A stretch of 63,694 bases of DNA, filler included, from Catajapyx aquilonaris (GCA_000934665.2; 3 parts of 3 records of this genome joined end to end with filler, not necessarily neighbours in it), one strand, 5' to 3'. Positions 25,060 through 38,117 are shown, counted from the whole stretch's first letter. Notes: generated by a model from the sequence alone, not told the origin. Program-made: numbers and translations.

Positions 25060-25290
25060 AAGTGACGTAGCCAGAAATCCAGTTCGGGGGCGGGGAGGTC
25101 CGCCGCAGGAGAAATTTTTCGGGTTCAAGGTCACACGAGCTTAGGTGAATATGGGAGATTTGAATGGGTGTGTATTAGATGTAATTGGTAGCACTTTTCC
25201 CCCCAAGAAATCATGAATTATAGTAATTTCCTTGACATGATTTTTTTAATCCACAAGATTCCGGGGGGGGGGGGGGGNGCTACGTCGTTG
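25060..25290. mobile_element. hAT-like MITE
   Basis: Degenerate TIR AGTGACGTAGCC / GCTACGTCGTTG and perfect 8-bp TSD GCTAGCGG. Confidence 0.8.
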
Positions 25291-25873
25291 GCTAGCGGTA
25301 TGCAGGAGGGGGGGGGGGAAGGGAGGGGGTGAGGAGATGAGAACTTGGGGAAGGCAGGAGGAGCGCCAGCATAACTGATGGAAATTCAAAGTAAAAAGTA
25401 ATCCGTGGTAAAAATGCCGCATCTGGTCAGCAGCAGCAGACTTCGTGAAAATAAATTTTTTTGCGCATTTTGAATCAAAAAAGTGCCGTTTTCAGATTTA
25501 TTCTGGTGTTTGTTTGACAAGCTCTACCAGCATACCAAATTTCAGCATCCTAGGACCACTGGAAGTGCCGTATAATTTTGATGATCAGTGAGTGAGTGAG
25601 TGTCATATTTTGGCCGTTTCGGGAGTTTTTAGGATTTTTTAAGTCGGAAATGAAAAGAGATATGAACATGGAAGTAAGGGGGCATTATTTTTAAGCGATT
25701 TTTATCTACCCAAATAAAAATTTTGAAGCCACGTATGTTCACCAGTGCGAAGATTCGAGGGGGTCAAAATGACGTGAGTTGTGTCAGGTAAAGGTGGTCC
25801 GGCAGTGCGGCGAGAACTTGGCGGGGGCACTGCCGTGCCCCCTAATTCAGCGATGGCTAATTTGTCCAGCACT

Positions 25874-25980
25874 GTACTATATCGCTCAAAAACATAGGGA
25901 CGATTTTGCATTTGATTCAAGTGCAGGCTGCACGTGAGTCAAATGCAAAATTGTCTCTATGTTTTTGAGCGATATAGTAC
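25874..25980. mobile_element. TACTATATCGCTC palindromic MITE
   Basis: Copy of 7827-7932. Confidence 0.85.
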
Positions 25981-26215
25981 ATTCTATCATTCATACTACA
26001 GTCAACACTGACCAACCGAACCATTGGTTAACCAAATGTTTTCGGATCGGCAAAAAAACAAAAAAAAGATGCTATGTGGTTCTGCTACTGGCCGCTAGTG
26101 CTGTGGCGCTGCAAGATTTAGCTGCCAAAAAACGAGCCTCGGCTCTCAGGCAAAAGAAATTGGCTTTTTTTTCTCTCTCTAAACTGTATGATTACTTCAT
26201 GTAAGGACAGTAAGG

Positions 26216-26693
26216 CAAGGGGGTAGTCACTCCTCAAAAAAGTGTACACCGGCTCTCTTGAGTTGTGGCTCTCCTCGGCTCTCTGCGGCTCTCCCCCGGC
26301 TCACCAGCAGGCTCACCCATGGTCTTATGGGCTCACCGATGCCTCGGAGAGCCGCAGAGAGCCGCAGAGAGCCGCAGAGAGCCGAGGAGAGCCGAGGAGA
26401 GCCGCAGAGAGACGCAGAGAGCCGAGGAGAGTCGCAGAGAGTCGCAGAGAGCCGCAGAGAGCCGAAGAAAAACTACGTCATATTGACGTCATATAATTAC
26501 GGCATATGATGAGGACAAGATGAGGAGCAAATGCGCATTTGCTCCTCATCTTGTCTTCATCATATGACGTCAATATGACGTAGTTTTTCTTCGGCTCTCT
26601 GCGGCTCTCCTCGGCTCTCTTCGGCTCTCTTGCGGCTCTCCTCGGCTCACCAGTGAGGGTGTACACCGGCTCTCCGAAGTGACTACCCCCTTG
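26216..26693. mobile_element. CAAGGGG-terminus MITE (P-like), long variant with 10-bp tandem arrays
   Basis: TIR CAAGGGGGTAGTCACT, 8-bp TSD CAGTAAGG, GAGCCGCAGA 10-mers in both orientations, central palindrome at 26503-26566. Confidence 0.88.
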
Positions 26694-27019
26694 CAGTAAG
26701 GTATATGTACAGTATTTTTAACACATGCCTGTGACAGAAAATAAAGAGTTTTTTGGTTAATATCACTGTTTCTTAGTTTCATATTGCTCCTATTACACCG
26801 GTACAATTTCATTCCGTAAATGATCGGTTATCCGAACAATCAGTTATCCGAACACTCCCTGGGCAGACTCTGTTCAGATAATCGATGCTCCACTGTATTT
26901 AAATTACATTATTCATATTACATACATATCATATTATTTTATATTACATTATTCATGTATTACATTATTTCCCCCAAAAAGGTTGCCTCGGTCCACAATG
27001 GGGTAACTGAAATAAAACA

Positions 27020-27130
27020 TATATTACATTATTTATAGCTATTATTTATGATATTTACATTATTTATATCTATTATTTATGATATTTACATTATTTATAT
27101 CTATTATTTATGTTTGTAACATTATTTATG
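27020..27130. repeat. AT-rich ~30-bp minisatellite
   Basis: TTACATTATTTATATCTATTATTTATGATAT repeated ~3.5 times. Confidence 0.7.
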
Positions 27131-27180
27131 AACAAATGAGCATTCTTATTATTTATTTATCATCATCGTTGTTGTTATTA

Positions 27181-27570
27181 CAAGGAGCGTTCAAATATGA
27201 GCAGCAATTTGCTAATTACTGAAGCAAAAAAGATAAAGTGACTAAGTATGCTGTTCGTTCTCAATGAGTTCTGGTCCCTTTTTGAAGTCCTTACTGCAAG
27301 TATAAATTCTTCTTCCTGACAACATGTCTTCACCATACTGTGCCTTAAGTCTGGTGCAAATATCAGACGGTTTCAATCCTCCCCTGGTCAGAACTATGAT
27401 GATAATGCATTGTTCCAAGCGCAGATGAACTTCCACTGCACCCTCATGGCTCAAAGATAGCTAAAAGGTTGTACACATTCCGGAGCATCACCTGATGGGT
27501 ACAGCTTCCGCACATGCACCGTTGTTTGTGCGAGGAATTTAAATTGCTGTTCATATTTGAACACTCCTTG
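27181..27570 (-). mobile_element. Internally deleted mariner element
   Basis: 30-bp TIR CAAGGAGCGTTCAAATATGAGCAGCAATTT and TA TSD. ORF 27242-27454 resembles the mariner N-terminal HTH (GLKPSDICTRLKAQYGEDMLS). Confidence 0.88.
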
Positions 27571-28678
27571 TATAAACTGAGGCGAATAAATTCTATTCAA
27601 GCTTTCCAATAAAAAAATAGAATATGTGCCCTGTCAATACAAACCATCCAGAAATTCGTCCACGCTCGGTTCCATGATAACAGAGGCGGCGCGGCGCGGC
27701 GTTCAGAATCCTTCAGGCGGAACTGAACTTCCAGCTAGCACCAATTCCAGACCAAAATGATCAGAAAATGATCTCAAGTCATCATAAAAGACCTCTTGGA
27801 ACTAGTGAACGGCATGGACCAAGAAAAAGATCGTCGCCATGTTGGACGATACCATCGATATTCCCGATTCTACCGGTATCATCAATAACTGAAAATTGGC
27901 GGGAAGAAACAAAAGTGTCGTGTATCGATTCATTATTTGCTTGTCAGTTTGTCCAGCAGCCGTGTTTGTTTGTTGGTTTGTCCAGTTGTTTGTTTGCGAT
28001 GGACTCGAGACGACTGGTGGTCACCAGCACCTTCAAGCTGCGTGGGTTCAAATCCACGGAAATGCCACATTTGCGACAAAGAGTTTGAGCAGAAAAGGTC
28101 CTTGACGAGGCATTTACAACATGCTGTGCACAAGCAGGACGTGCAGGCACCATCCCTGCAACACAGCAAAATAAGCAATAGCGGTGGGATTCGCTGCTGC
28201 CATGCAATCTGTGAGGCATCTTTTGCTACTGCAGATGGCTATTGGCATCACGTAGAAATAACGGTGCACAAAGTAGTTTCTGCACAAGGCACGGAGCTGG
28301 AATTTGATTCATTAGCAGGTAAGACAGTATGTTATAACGTGTTAGTCTATTCATTAGGACTTGATTTACATGTCATTACAATTCCAAGCATCCTACTGTC
28401 AATAAACGTTTTCCACATTGCCACACTATATATGATGATTACACTATAAAGGTTGAATACAGAATTTAAGCCATTGTTGTGCAAGTATATACAATACAGA
28501 CCACATGATTATTTTCTACACTATCTACAGAATTTCAAATCTGGCTACAAGAAGAGGAGAAAAACACCCAGGCAAAATTTGTACGCAGGAGAGGACCAAA
28601 GAAATCAGAAAAAAAACAGGAGTGATGACTTATCACTATCATTGTCATCGTAGTGGCCAATACCAGTCAACAGGACAA

Positions 28679-28909
28679 CTTTAATTGATATTTAAGGAGG
28701 TTGGCCCAGCATTTGCCATTCAACCTCCAAGGATAGGGAAGGAAGAAAGCGGCTGTGGCCTATTATACGGTAGCGACCCCGGAATTATCCTAGAAAGACC
28801 GTGGAAAACCACAGAAAACCACGGTCAAGGTTGCCGGCCCCGGGATTCGAACCCAGGACCTCCCGATTAGCAGTCGGACGCCTTATCCACTATGCCAACC
28901 TGCTTCGGT
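28679..28909 (-). mobile_element. tRNA-derived SINE, head B + tail T3, inserted in MULE coding region
   Basis: 14-bp TSD AGTCAACAGGACAA (28665-28678/28910-28923). Confidence 0.9.
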
Positions 28910-30530
28910 AGTCAACAGGACAAGGTGTCCGTCACTTAAAGATTATTGGGTCTTGCAAGCTGGGATATACCTAGCTGTCCTGCTGCAATATTAAACTGCC
29001 AATAAGACCATTGATGGGAAATATTTTGTCCAGTAGGCCTACTTGGACATTTTTATGGCCACGTGGACAATCGACTTGGACACCTAACCCTGACCATCAC
29101 TTCCCAACGTCAAGATATTGCAGGTTGGTATTATCAGAAATGAGTATCATTGCTGTATTTTTGTATCCCTGATTGCTAACGCCAATTTAAAATTTGGCAG
29201 CAAAATTGGCAGCAGCTGGGTGGCAGATCGGCGAATAATATCTGACATACGTCAGATGACAGTCAGTGGCGATCTTGAAAGACTCCATTTGATCAAACAC
29301 ACAACATCAAACAACATAAGAGCAGCACATGGCATTCCCTTCGTGGCGAACAATTTGCAAAACCATGCAAATGATGCTGTCAGCGTCGCTACCTGGGTGC
29401 AAGACATGCAATCTCGAGGACTAAATAATCCTGTCCTCTTCTACAAAGGACAGGGTGAACCGAATGAGGGTCAAGAAGGTATTGGGGAAGATGATTTTAT
29501 GTCAATTATTATGTATCCATTACAAAGAGAAATGGTGAGCAAGTACAGACATGACAAGGTGTGTATTGACTCAACAGATGGAGTCACTAGGTACGACTTT
29601 GAACTGACCACCCTGATGCTAATAGAACACAAAACGCAGCAGGAAACCTTTGCTCATGCTCATCTGATGAGCATGAGCAAAGGTTTCCTGCTGCGTTTTG
29701 TGTAAGCTCCAGAGTGAACACCAGTGTTATGACAATATTTTTTTCACCGTATTGAGGCTGTCTGTGGAAAAATACTAGCAGATGTATTTTTGTCTGATGA
29801 TGCACCATTGTTTTTTAATGCTTGGTTGCAAGTAATGGATGTCCCTAAGCACATATGGCTTTGCTCCTGGCATGTTGATCGTGCCTGGCAAGGAAAATTA
29901 TAGCTTCTATAAGATGCCTGAAGAAAAGAAAAGAAGTGTACCAATGTCTGAAGGTGTGTCAGATGACTTTGGATGAGGATAACTTTAATGTCATGTATGC
30001 AAAGCTCCTGGAGCTATTGCAAAAGGATAAAGGTACTTTAGATTTCTACGCATACTTTACTGGATACTATGACAGAAGAAAAGAAAGTTGGGGTTATTGC
30101 TTCAAAAAAGGAGCTCGACGTAATACAAATATGCACGTGATGTCTTACCACCAGAAATTGAAACACAATCATGTACATGCAGGGTAAGAAGTGTAAGTGT
30201 GTGGATAAGTGCATTGCTGTGCTGGAAGAATTATTGATCCTTGATAAAGAATTTGATGCCAAAATTAAATTGGAAATGGGGAAGTTAACTTCCAAAATTG
30301 CAGATTTAAGACGAAAACATAAAGAGCTAGGCCTCTGAGTTGAAGTGTAGCATGAAGAGTAAGGAAATGGGGTGGCAGGTCTCAGAGGAAGGAAGTGGGA
30401 AAATACGCGAAGTGAAGGGAAAAAATGCAGATCATTATTTGTGCACAGGGCTTTCTTGCCCTACGTTGTGTGATAAGTGTAATGTGTGTATCCGTAAGGT
30501 TTCATGCACTTGTTCGGATAATTTGGTTAA

Positions 30531-30957
30531 GGTAGTTCTTGCGCTTGGAAACGGGGGGAAGGGGGAGGAGGGTTGAGCCTATGTTTATACATGGGGCGAG
30601 CTGGCCAATACCAACTTCTGCGATTGTAAGACATTTCTGCTAGTATTTCTCTGAAACAGAGTTTTGAGTACGTGTTTCGCGTCGGATACGTTACGTGAAC
30701 ATTTATTTGGGGGATAATAATTCCCTCGTGCACTTTTGTCCCGGAGAAGAGTAGAAATATGACTGTTCCAAATACCGGAAAAAGTGCGGCAAATCCGGCA
30801 ACGTTGCACACGTTGGCAGCACTTGTCAACAGCGTATCGATGTATCGATATTTCCCCCCAGCGATATATCGAGTACTCGATAGTTAGCCCAACTATCGAT
30901 ATGACAGTATATCGATATTTTAATGAAATTATTGTTATTGTTATTGTTATTAAAATA

Positions 30958-31024
<67 letters not shown>

Positions 31025-31521
31025 GCCCCTTTTAACTCTTGCACATCCCTATATCGTAAAACGAGCCCTATATATTAATTTTATACTCTTAAAACGAGCT
31101 CAGCGCCATGCCTGGGACTTTCAAAACGCGCGCCCCCTATACTATATTGTTGTAGCTGCGTTGCCAAGTCATCGCTGGGAGCCGCGACTACCCAGCAGTT
31201 TTGAAGGGATTGTGGAAGAACGGGCCTGGTTACGTATTGGTTTCTTGTGACAAAATAATTTGGTACGAATGTGGCTACACAGTGATTAGTTTTTTGTGAT
31301 CGTGGCACCATTTTCACGGGATCTACGGGGGGAAATATCGGTTCCTGGATGCCCCTCTCCATAAGCCGCCATGTATAAGACCTCAAGTTCGGAGATGAAT
31401 ATCTCCGAAAGTATTTAGTAGAAGTCTTTTATATTTTACAGGCTCATTAGTCACATAACAGGGAACAACTGGTGTAATTTTAAATTCTCTGCCACCATTT
31501 CGTCTTAGCGCAAGAACTACC
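30531..31521. mobile_element. Kolobok-like non-autonomous element
   Basis: TIR GGTAGTTCTTGCGCT / AGCGCAAGAACTACC with TTAA TSD. Removing it restores the SWIM motif. Confidence 0.88.
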
Positions 31522-32083
31522 TTAAGGGGAACCTGTGCAAGCACATACATTGTGTATTTGGCACAAAACCCCACACTGTCCCAAGCATAATTGGCATTAC
31601 AGTAGACGACACTTTGCAAGAAGAGAGAGAATGTCATGAAGAAATTGTGCAAAAGAGGAAAGTGTTGGGCGAAATGGGTAATGCTAGGGAGTCAGTCAAA
31701 AGAAAACTAGATGTACTTTGCCACGAATTTCAAGATGCTGTAAAAAATTATCAAAAATCAGATGAGTCAGTGGCAAAAGGTGCCACTAATCATGTGCTGG
31801 CAGCATAAAATTGATGAAAGTTGAAAGGAAGCCTATAATGGACTTTGAGCAGAAGGACATGGCAGCACCAAAATTAATGCTAATATACAAAAGCAAAGAG
31901 GTTTTTTTTCTGTGAAGCGTAAGAGGGCCTCCAAAAAAAAACTTAAGAAAGCTGACACGAAGGAGGCACTACTGGAGTTGGAGGATATAATTATTGCAAG
32001 GCAAAACAGACCTTATTGTAAATTCAGCCAGTATATAAGTGCTTTGCCTTGCAATATTTCCTCCATTTCACACCTGATGTAAA

Positions 32084-32461
32084 ATATTATTTTATTTTAT
32101 TTTTTATTTTACGTTACCCTGTGATAGGGCCAGAGGCCCTTATAGGGGGGGGGGGGTGGAATACCACGTACATTTTTCCATCAATTTTTTTTTAATTTTT
32201 CTTCTAACTCCGGTGCAAGGATGAAAGGACATGGGGTAAGGATAGGGATTTTTGGGGAGGGGACACAGGTGCAAGTGCAATGTCGGAAATGGGTCATGTG
32301 CAGTCCCCCAGAACGCTAGGTTGCCAAGACGCCTTCTTAGGCGCGGGCAGAGACCCACCACCCACTGACGCAGGCGGAAGGGAGATTCCGGGCGGGGATC
32401 GAACCCAGGACCTTCCTCTCAGCAAGCCGAGAGTTACCATCTCGGCCACCGTGCCTTCCCC
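32084..32461 (-). mobile_element. tRNA-derived SINE, head C + tail T1
   Basis: Homologous to 9497 and 13154. TSD CACCTGATGTAAA. Confidence 0.9.
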
Positions 32462-32686
32462 CACCTGATGTAAATTTAAGTAAGTTTGATGTTAATAAAT
32501 AAATCTTGTATGACAAAATAGTAAGACGAATCTTTCTTTTACCCACCTCTACCCCCATTCCCATGCCCAACCCGCTCGATAGTGTCTGCCATTTAATATT
32601 TAGAGTTGTGTTAATAGGAGAGTTAACGAAGATATTATTGACTGAATGAAGTGAGGTCTCTCCTTTTCAAGACTGAAGTGGCATTT

Positions 32687-32689
<3 letters not shown>

Positions 32690-32763
<74 letters not shown>

Positions 32764-33052
32764 TTGTACCCCGTGCTAGAGCCATGGGCCCTCTTAGGGG
32801 GGTGGGAAACCACCATATTTTTTATCTGGAACTCTTTGCTTTCGTTTTTACTTCTCGTATATATGGGGATGGGATAGGGACGGAAGGAAGCGGCTGTGGC
32901 CTATAATTACGGACACGACCCCGGAATTTCCTGGTGAGACCATGAGAAACCACAGAAAACCACGGTCAGGGTCGGCGCCCACCGGGATTCGAACCCAGGA
33001 CCTCCCGATTAGCAGTCGGATACCATATCCCCTCCGCTACCACTGCTTCGGT
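32690..33052 (-). mobile_element. tRNA-derived SINE, head B + tail T1
   Basis: Long (ATT)n tail and TSD AAGTGGCATTTTTA. Confidence 0.92.
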
Positions 33053-33103
33053 AAGTGGCATTTTTATTTCCCGCGATAACATGAAAATTGTTCAACAGCC
33101 TGG

Positions 33104-33198
33104 GCACGAGATGAAGGGGGTGTCCCCGGGTTGGGATCGAACCCGGGACCTAAACATCCGTGGGCGCATACGTTGCCGCAGCACCACTCCGCCTCCCC
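33104..33198 (-). mobile_element. SINE head A fragment
   Basis: Only the tRNA-like 5' ~95 nt is present. Confidence 0.8.
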
Positions 33199-34669
33199 GA
33201 TATTCTCCTCCTTTCTCATGGAGTAGCATAGAAGGAGGATGTTCCGAAATGAATTCTTTTTGCACAGCTATATGGGGTAGTGGGAAATCGTCTTCCTGAA
33301 ACGCGATTCATGGTCTAGCAGTCCAAAATGTAATCCTACAAATCCCACTTTCGCAAACTCTGGTCGTGCCAAACTTGACGAGTAAAAAACGATGCTGTAG
33401 AGTTTCCTTAATTATAAGATAACTATTAGCTTATTAGTGGCTCCGAAGTCTGAACTGTTGCCGATAATCGACAGCCTGTCAGATGAGTCTCATTATGCCA
33501 TAGGGTCAGTAACCATGGCGGCAGCTTGACAGGAACCGTCCCCGTCGCTTTTTCTACTGCAGGAATTTGCATTTTGAGCTCACTACACCAGGGAGAGAGG
33601 CATGCATGTTGCAACTAGTGCTTGATGGATGACACTGGGGTTGCACAATACTTGCAGGATGCAAATGAGAAATCGGGACTATGAAAAGCAGCGATTAGAG
33701 AAAAGTCTCCTCCCTTTCACGCCTATAGGGCGTGCCTGATGCCATGGCACCTTTGCTGTGTCAGCGACTGCCTGTCGACTTTACTGGATGTGACCTGCTG
33801 ATTAAGTGCAAAAGTGGGCCTGAGGCCACCATATGGCATTTGCCTCAAATTAGCACACCTGAATGCACGTTTAAAAAAATTGTTTATCGGTCAAGTATAC
33901 CAGCTACCCAGAGATTTACCCAGAGCCACCAACTTTACAAAATATTTACCTCACGCACATATACATCTTACACTGTAACACTGAGTCTTCTGGAGCATAT
34001 TATAGGTAAAGCTGAAGAGAGCAGCCGCTGAATATAGCTCCCTCCTCCTCCTCCTCCTCCTCCCTCTTTCCCGTCTGCATATTATACACAAAAGGCATTG
34101 AAAAAGTGCTTGTAATTGTCACTGGTCGGCTTCAAAGAAGATCCATTTATCCAATTTCCCGAGGCAAAGGCACCCCTCTAAAAGCCACTTCCCGGAAGCG
34201 AGTGATGAAACTACAACGTTTTGGCCTTCGAACCTCACTTAGGAGTGCTATACGAGTAGACACCTTGACAAAATTTTGCTAAGGGCTCATTGCCAGGGAA
34301 TAAATTACATTAATTAGAGGTAATATGTGCGGTCAAGTGACATTACCGGAATGACAGGCTGTACTTGTGGAAGGGGTCAAACCTGGCGGGGATAGTGATA
34401 GTGAAACCCACTACTTTATAATAGCAATACCGTGACTTGATTTAATTATTAGTTAAGCTTACCTGGTAACTTGCAAAAAATGACAATATACCTGCTGCAA
34501 TTTCCATTTCGGTGTGGTTAATCAAGTATCATACATTTCATCAAACAAAGGGGGTCAATACCCCCAAAATTCACACCAAGACGGTTGTTGTATACATACG
34601 AATATTTTTAATTTATGCCCACAGAAGAAGCTCTGAGGGCTACATTCGTCTTTGTTTAACACTCATTTA

Positions 34670-34714
34670 TTAAAATACTTTGTTCTCAATCTGAAGGTGT
34701 CCACTCTTCTGGTC
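34670..34714 (-). other. Candidate short terminal exon
   Basis: Strong acceptor CCCTTTTCTCCTACAG, a short open frame (DQKSGHLQIENKVF* in phase 0) and an overlapping AATAAA. No homology evidence. Confidence 0.25.
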
Positions 34715-37543
34715 CTGTAGGAGAAAAGGGTCAGTCGAAAGTATAGAGACTGGCTGGAAATTCCCTACGTTTATTTTCAACACTTAAAGAAACGTTGTTT
34801 TTTTGACTAGAGAAGACCTCAACCTCCTGCACAAAAATACATGAGAATCATACATCATACAATTGAACTCACTGCAGTACAACTACTGTGTACGTGGCGA
34901 ATGAAACACCAAATAGGAAGCTGTCCATGGGGGGCGGGGTGAAGGAGAAGGGAGAAAGGGAAACTCGCCACACCTACAGTACACTTGTTGGCATAAACTT
35001 CTTCCTGGGCGTTAGCAGTCCACTTTTGGGAGAGAAATGATAACCCATACCAAACTTAGCAAAGGTCCGCTTTCCTTCTGGAGGAACATTGCCGAGACTA
35101 AGTTTGAGGCCTCCTCTTTGCTCGGGAGGAATCTGGCCCCGTCATCTCCCACAGCATTACATCCAGAGGCCAAGGTGCCTTAACAACAACAAAGGGATAA
35201 AAGAACACTTTTTAACAACTCAGCAGGCCATTCGATCAACTGCCCCTGATTCAGCCCTTAGTGTATAGTGCCGTATCGTACCGTCAAAGGCATCGTTAGC
35301 CGGCAGGGCTCTCCTCTTTTTGGGGAGGAACTTGGCCCGGACACGGTCAACATGTTCCAGCCCAGAGCAACGGTCAATCAACAATGAAAAATAACGGTCA
35401 GAAGGAAAGGTGACAAAACAATTACTATGAAAAGGCCTGTCACTCACGGAAACATGACTACAATCTAAAATGGAGAACATCGTTAACTGTATTTTACATT
35501 AATAGTAATACAGTATGTAATTGGTGTTGAGAAAAGAAGGAAAAAAAGAGACAACTTCACTAATCAACTTTGGATATACAGAGACTCTCACGACGGACCC
35601 GTATTTGGAGTACTTGACCTAATATTAGTTTACATGCAGAATGTTCTTATAATAATAATAATCATAATATTACAATGATACCATTAGATTTACTATTATC
35701 ATAGTATGTATTATGTATCTATATTTTATATGTACTCTATAATATATATGAAAGAATGATATATATTATGGAGTATATCTGATGGATGGTGTTGCTTGAG
35801 AGTCGACCTAAACCCGCATTTTTATAGGAAACCAATGCTGATGTCCAAAGGGAGTTTGATGCGGTTGAGCGTGCTTGTCTACGCATACCTGCGGGCTCGG
35901 CAGCCGCATTGTACATTCCCAACACAACCAAGCTTCGGCCATGGGTCTACTATAGATGCAGCGCACACTAGTTATTGGTTTTCTCCGAATTTTCCCTCGC
36001 AAACACTGGCCCTGCGCTTGACTTGTGCTGAGATCATGCAGGAACCTCCTTAGGGTGGCATTCTCGTGGAATATTTAAGTTACAACTCCCCCGGTATCTG
36101 ACTTATTGAGAGTGCGTGCTCCCCCTGTATCCTACTGGAAGAAGAAGCTACCGTGCGTTAGTCCATTGCATTGTAATAATAATAATCTCATTAATTTTTT
36201 TTAACGAGTTAAAATATTACACCCTGTTAACTACAGGGTATTAAATGGCTATAGCGCTCGGGCCAATCTGGAATATTCTGCAGTATTTCAAAGTAGCAGA
36301 TTAGATTTTGTCTTTTACCAGGGATAAAAAGCAGCAGAGTCTGGAAGATATTAGTGACCCGGCCTTTTGGAGCAAACCACTCGCAACATAAATCCACAAG
36401 AATTCCATCCCGTAGCCAAGCACTGAAGGAAGATGACCCAGTCAGCCTTGGATCATAACTGAGCAGAATGAAGTCACTCAGAAGTTACACGAGACAATTG
36501 TCTAGTCCAGTTGTTTGCACAGCAGAAGTGCATTTCAATCCTGACCTATTCCATGTTTACACTCATAGTCGGGTCACAACGCTTCAATCGTCATTTCATA
36601 GTGCCAGAATATTGTTTGACACCTGGTACTATACGCTACAGGTAAAAAAAAAGAAAGCAAATCCCAACAAAACTGAAACATGAGAGTTTTTCAGGCAATA
36701 TACATTATTTACAGCTCCCCGCCGACTCAAATATCCATGTAATATTTTTCTATATATATTCTACAATAAATTGTTTAAAAAATAAGAAGGATTTTTGCAG
36801 TCAGGCGGGAAATGTTTACAGTTATTATTCTTATTAATATCGATCATGTGTACAGTACTTCTAGTTTTGCCTGAAATTATGGGCTATACACGTGCAGGGG
36901 CACCAGGCACACTTATTTTCCGTTTCTGATAGTTGGCATACTGAATTAACCATGCTTTATCACGTGCTCTTCATTATTCCAGGGTTAAAAACGTACATTT
37001 AAAAAATCATAATACAAATCTTGATGTCGATTAAAGTATTTTTTTCAAATCTAGTATAAAATTTGTTTTGTTATTTTGATTGAACCTAATTCGACAACTA
37101 GCACGATTGCACCTGATTCGCTGTTTGAATTCCCTTGGGCGTGCTGCTGGGTTCCAAGGCGACCAACCCAATCTCCTATGCTGCGACTGGGAAAATAGCA
37201 ACATTTAAATATATTATTGCCATATTTTCGTTTTGTACGGGGCCTTAAATTTTGGGCCCATCGTCGCAGTAGCCAAACGCATACTCTCCAAAGCCATTAG
37301 AAAACGGGTTTTCCATATACAGAGAGATCTCTAATGCCACCAAAACTGCCAGTCGATTGGCTGTCTACAAGAGAACATGGTTGACATTACTCATGTACAC
37401 TTAGTAGAGGGTGTACAGTACATTATAATGCAGCACAATACCCCATGGTATCATCCCTTTTCTTCTACAGCCCATCAAAAAGAAGAGTCCACAAAATTAC
37501 GCAGAAAGTTCGAAATTATAACAAAATTTGTGCCTAAGAATGT

Positions 37544-37544
<1 letters not shown>

Positions 37545-37616
<72 letters not shown>
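37545..37616. repeat. (TAT)n microsatellite
   Basis: Pure trinucleotide run. Similar runs at 30959-31024, 42595-42661 and 55607-55690. Confidence 0.95.
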
Positions 37617-37969
37617 TAAATTCGTAGCATTTTTGTGCTCGTAGCTTATGGAAAAATAGGCTGTCGTCTCAATGTTTTCATATTTATGTATAATTTTGTG
37701 GACTCATCCCTTTTAGAGTCTTGTATTTCGGAGAGAATGCAACTACTTCATGTTGAATTCGATTTTATTGGATAAACATCTGACGAGGAACAAAATGCTG
37801 ATTTCCTAATCGTTCATATTACGGACAAACTTTCCTTGAATCGGGTATATTACTCAAGCAATTTGGTGCATAGATCATGTTTCACAGATATAAAAATTTA
37901 ATTTCAGTAGCCTTCCTAGCTGACAATTGCAATTTGTAAGAGGGGTTCCTCGTTCCTGTATGGTGGTGT

Positions 37970-38117
37970 CAAGGGGGTAATCACTTCGGTACTCCGGTGT
38001 ACACCTGCAAGTGGTACTCCCAGGTACTCCTTAGGTACTTTACTCTTTGGTACTCCTTGGTACTCCTTGAATTAGGTACTCCAGTGTACACTTTTCAGTC
38101 CAGTGGTTACCCCCTTG
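37970..38117 (+). mobile_element. CAAGGGG-terminus MITE (P-like)
   Basis: Near-identical to the reverse complement of 11589-11736. 8-bp TSD GGTGGTGT. Confidence 0.88.

Larger units (their letters stand above)
27937..31980 (+). pseudogene. Decayed Mutator-like (MULE) transposase with C2H2 fingers and SWIM domain
   Basis: C2H2 (CHICDKEF..HLQHAVH), YHCHRSG, VCIDSTDGVTRYDFELTTL, FLSDDAPLFFNAW..LCSWHVDRAW, NTNMHVMSYHQKLK and SWIM CTC..CKHIH. Multiple stops and frameshifts. GT-AG intron at 28319-28530. Confidence 0.88.

Noticed and set aside
26242..26666. Repetitive ORFs (RREPQRAAES) and a CRISPR-like appearance
   Set aside because: 10-bp tandem repeats inside a MITE, with no unique spacers and no cas genes. 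Eukaryotic context.
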